This document shows, in pieces, positions 22,617 through 23,813 of a DNA stretch of 23,813 nt. The stretch lies in contig JAAOXU010000003.1 of assembly GCA_018220935.1 (NCBI GenBank), positions 1-23,813 on the forward strand. Direction: 5' to 3'. This DNA comes from Candidatus Altiarchaeota archaeon. Its GTDB lineage: Archaea > SpSt-1190. The position numbers and the translations under genes were made by a program. The notes beneath the pieces were generated by a model. That model had not been told where the DNA came from. It made no database searches and worked only from the letters and a program-made list of their open reading frames with translations. Each line of letters starts with the position of its first letter. Within the stretch, counting starts at the first letter, position 1.

Positions 22617-23813
22617 TTAAGCCGGTCTAAGGTCTTTTTTTGATGATAAAAAGGTTTGTTGAATGTATATTATGAGAACTAGAAAAGTAAAAGCACCCAT
22701 TGCCACTAACATAGGGTGTCTATTCCCAAAGAGAATGGGGACCATAGTAAAGAAAATACCCAAGTAACTATACGTATCATTAACAATTCCAGTTGCTAGA
22801 GCCGATGCCGAGACTAATACAAAGACTAAAAAGAAAGTGGATGCGACAAGAAGTGCAGCCTGCTCTAAGGGTATTATGGTTGAGAATATTGACATGATTG
22901 ATGTCGCAAATATTGCTCTTATTGGTAAGCCATTTTTAATCTCAGAAAAAAATTTGGGTAGATCACCTTCTCTTGCCATTGCAAAAGCGAGTCTACTAGT
23001 TCCATACAAGGTACTGTTGGTTGCTGAAAAAGTAGCAACAGCTGCACCAAAAAATAGAATCGCGTACGCAACTTCACCAATTACTTTTGATGCTGCATCA
23101 GCTAAGGGTACTTCCCCAGTTCCAACACCACCAAGAGAAATCAAACTCCAAGCAACTAAAGTATAGATCACAGTTACCAAAATAATTGACCAATTGATAG
23201 CTTTAGGTAAATCTGACGCTTTTTTCATTTCTTCAGCCGAATTAGCAATTAATTCAAAGCCCTGAAAAGCTATGAAAATAAATGAACTCGCAACAAATAT
23301 TTCAGGTATAAGTTTTAGATTGGGTGTTATAGGAGTCATAAGACCAAGATATATGAAAAACAATAAGATGAAAACTTTTAGTAGCACTATAATATTTTGA
23401 ATTATTGCACTCTCTTTTGCACCTCTTATGTTTGTCATAGTAAAAAGTGAAATTGGAATCAAAGCAAGTATTATTTTTGGGATACTAAAAATTTGACTCG
23501 CATAAAGTGAAAATGTATTAGCATAAAATCCAATTGCAGTTGAGTATGCTAAAATGAGTAAGTAACCATAGGCCCCATGAAATGGTTTATCCTTCATGAA
23601 CTCCTGAATAAACGAATAACTCCCGCCAGAGCTTCTAATTCTAATTGAAAGCTTAGCATAGATATTACCAAGAATATATGCTAGTGCTGCGACAAATAAG
23701 AATGCAAGTATAGCTGAATCCCCTGCAATTTCTACTGCCAGTGCTGAGACTGTAAATACCCCACCACCAATCATGGCACCAACCCCTATGCCAACACCAT
23801 CTATCCAAGTTAA
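22617..23813 (-). CDS. APC-superfamily amino-acid/polyamine permease (5' end beyond window edge)
   Basis: The reading frame stays open to the window end. Upstream of the track's M the frame reads LTWIDGVGIGVGAMIGGGVFTVS, the GxG-rich first TM of APC transporters; 11-12 TM helices overall. Confidence 0.75.
   Translation of the reverse strand, partial: LTWIDGVGIGVGAMIGGGVFTVSALAVEIAGDSAILAFLFVAALAYILGNIYAKLSIRIRSSGGSYSFIQEFMKDKPFHGAYGYLLILAYSTAIGFYANTFSLYASQIFSIPKIILALIPISLFTMTNIRGAKESAIIQNIIVLLKVFILLFFIYLGLMTPITPNLKLIPEIFVASSFIFIAFQGFELIANSAEEMKKASDLPKAINWSIILVTVIYTLVAWSLISLGGVGTGEVPLADAASKVIGEVAYAILFFGAAVATFSATNSTLYGTSRLAFAMAREGDLPKFFSEIKNGLPIRAIFATSIMSIFSTIIPLEQAALLVASTFFLVFVLVSASALATGIVNDTYSYLGIFFTMVPILFGNRHPMLVAMGAFTFLVLIIYIQQTFLSSKKDLRPA

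Noticed and set aside
22837-23166. 109-aa antisense ORF inside the transporter gene
   Set aside because: Fully embedded, low complexity.
1-23813. Search for CRISPR arrays, rRNA genes or IS/transposase genes
   Set aside because: No regularly spaced direct repeats of 24-40 nt, no rRNA-like conserved stretches, and no transposase/integrase-like ORFs were seen.

Overview
This is a 23.8 kb AT-rich, very gene-dense archaeal chromosomal window. Neighbouring genes overlap by 1 to 23 nt in about a dozen places. Most start codons sit roughly 25 nt downstream of a TATA-like box, which points to leaderless mRNAs, and GTG/TTG starts are frequent. This style fits a small-genome, DPANN-like archaeon; that assignment is inference only.

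The housekeeping content is: standalone Kae1, ribosomal protein L10e, bacterial-type AspRS, TrpRS, RNase Z, signal peptidase I, TBP, ZPR1, SepF-like protein, prefoldin beta, Pcc1, RNA polymerase subunit P (a 46-codon gene absent from the ORF track), ribosomal protein L37ae, a MazG-like protein, GatE, a stomatin/SPFH protein, an FNR-like flavoprotein, tRNA-Gly(GCC) and a partial APC transporter.

The accessory-looking content is:
- a tightly overlapping minus-strand operon encoding a QRRRW-motif processive GT2 synthase, a Cys-rich membrane-anchored protein and a PMT/ArnT-like GT-C transferase, followed by DoxX;
- a large Thr/Ser/Asp-rich secreted surface (S-layer-like) protein with a UUCG-hairpin plus U-tract terminator;
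- a VapBC toxin-antitoxin pair;
- an uncharacterised three-gene operon headed by an unusual 393-aa HAD-motif protein;
- a candidate C/D-box sRNA;
- a duplicated 21-nt element upstream of the tRNA.

No CRISPR array, rRNA, transposase or integrase was seen.
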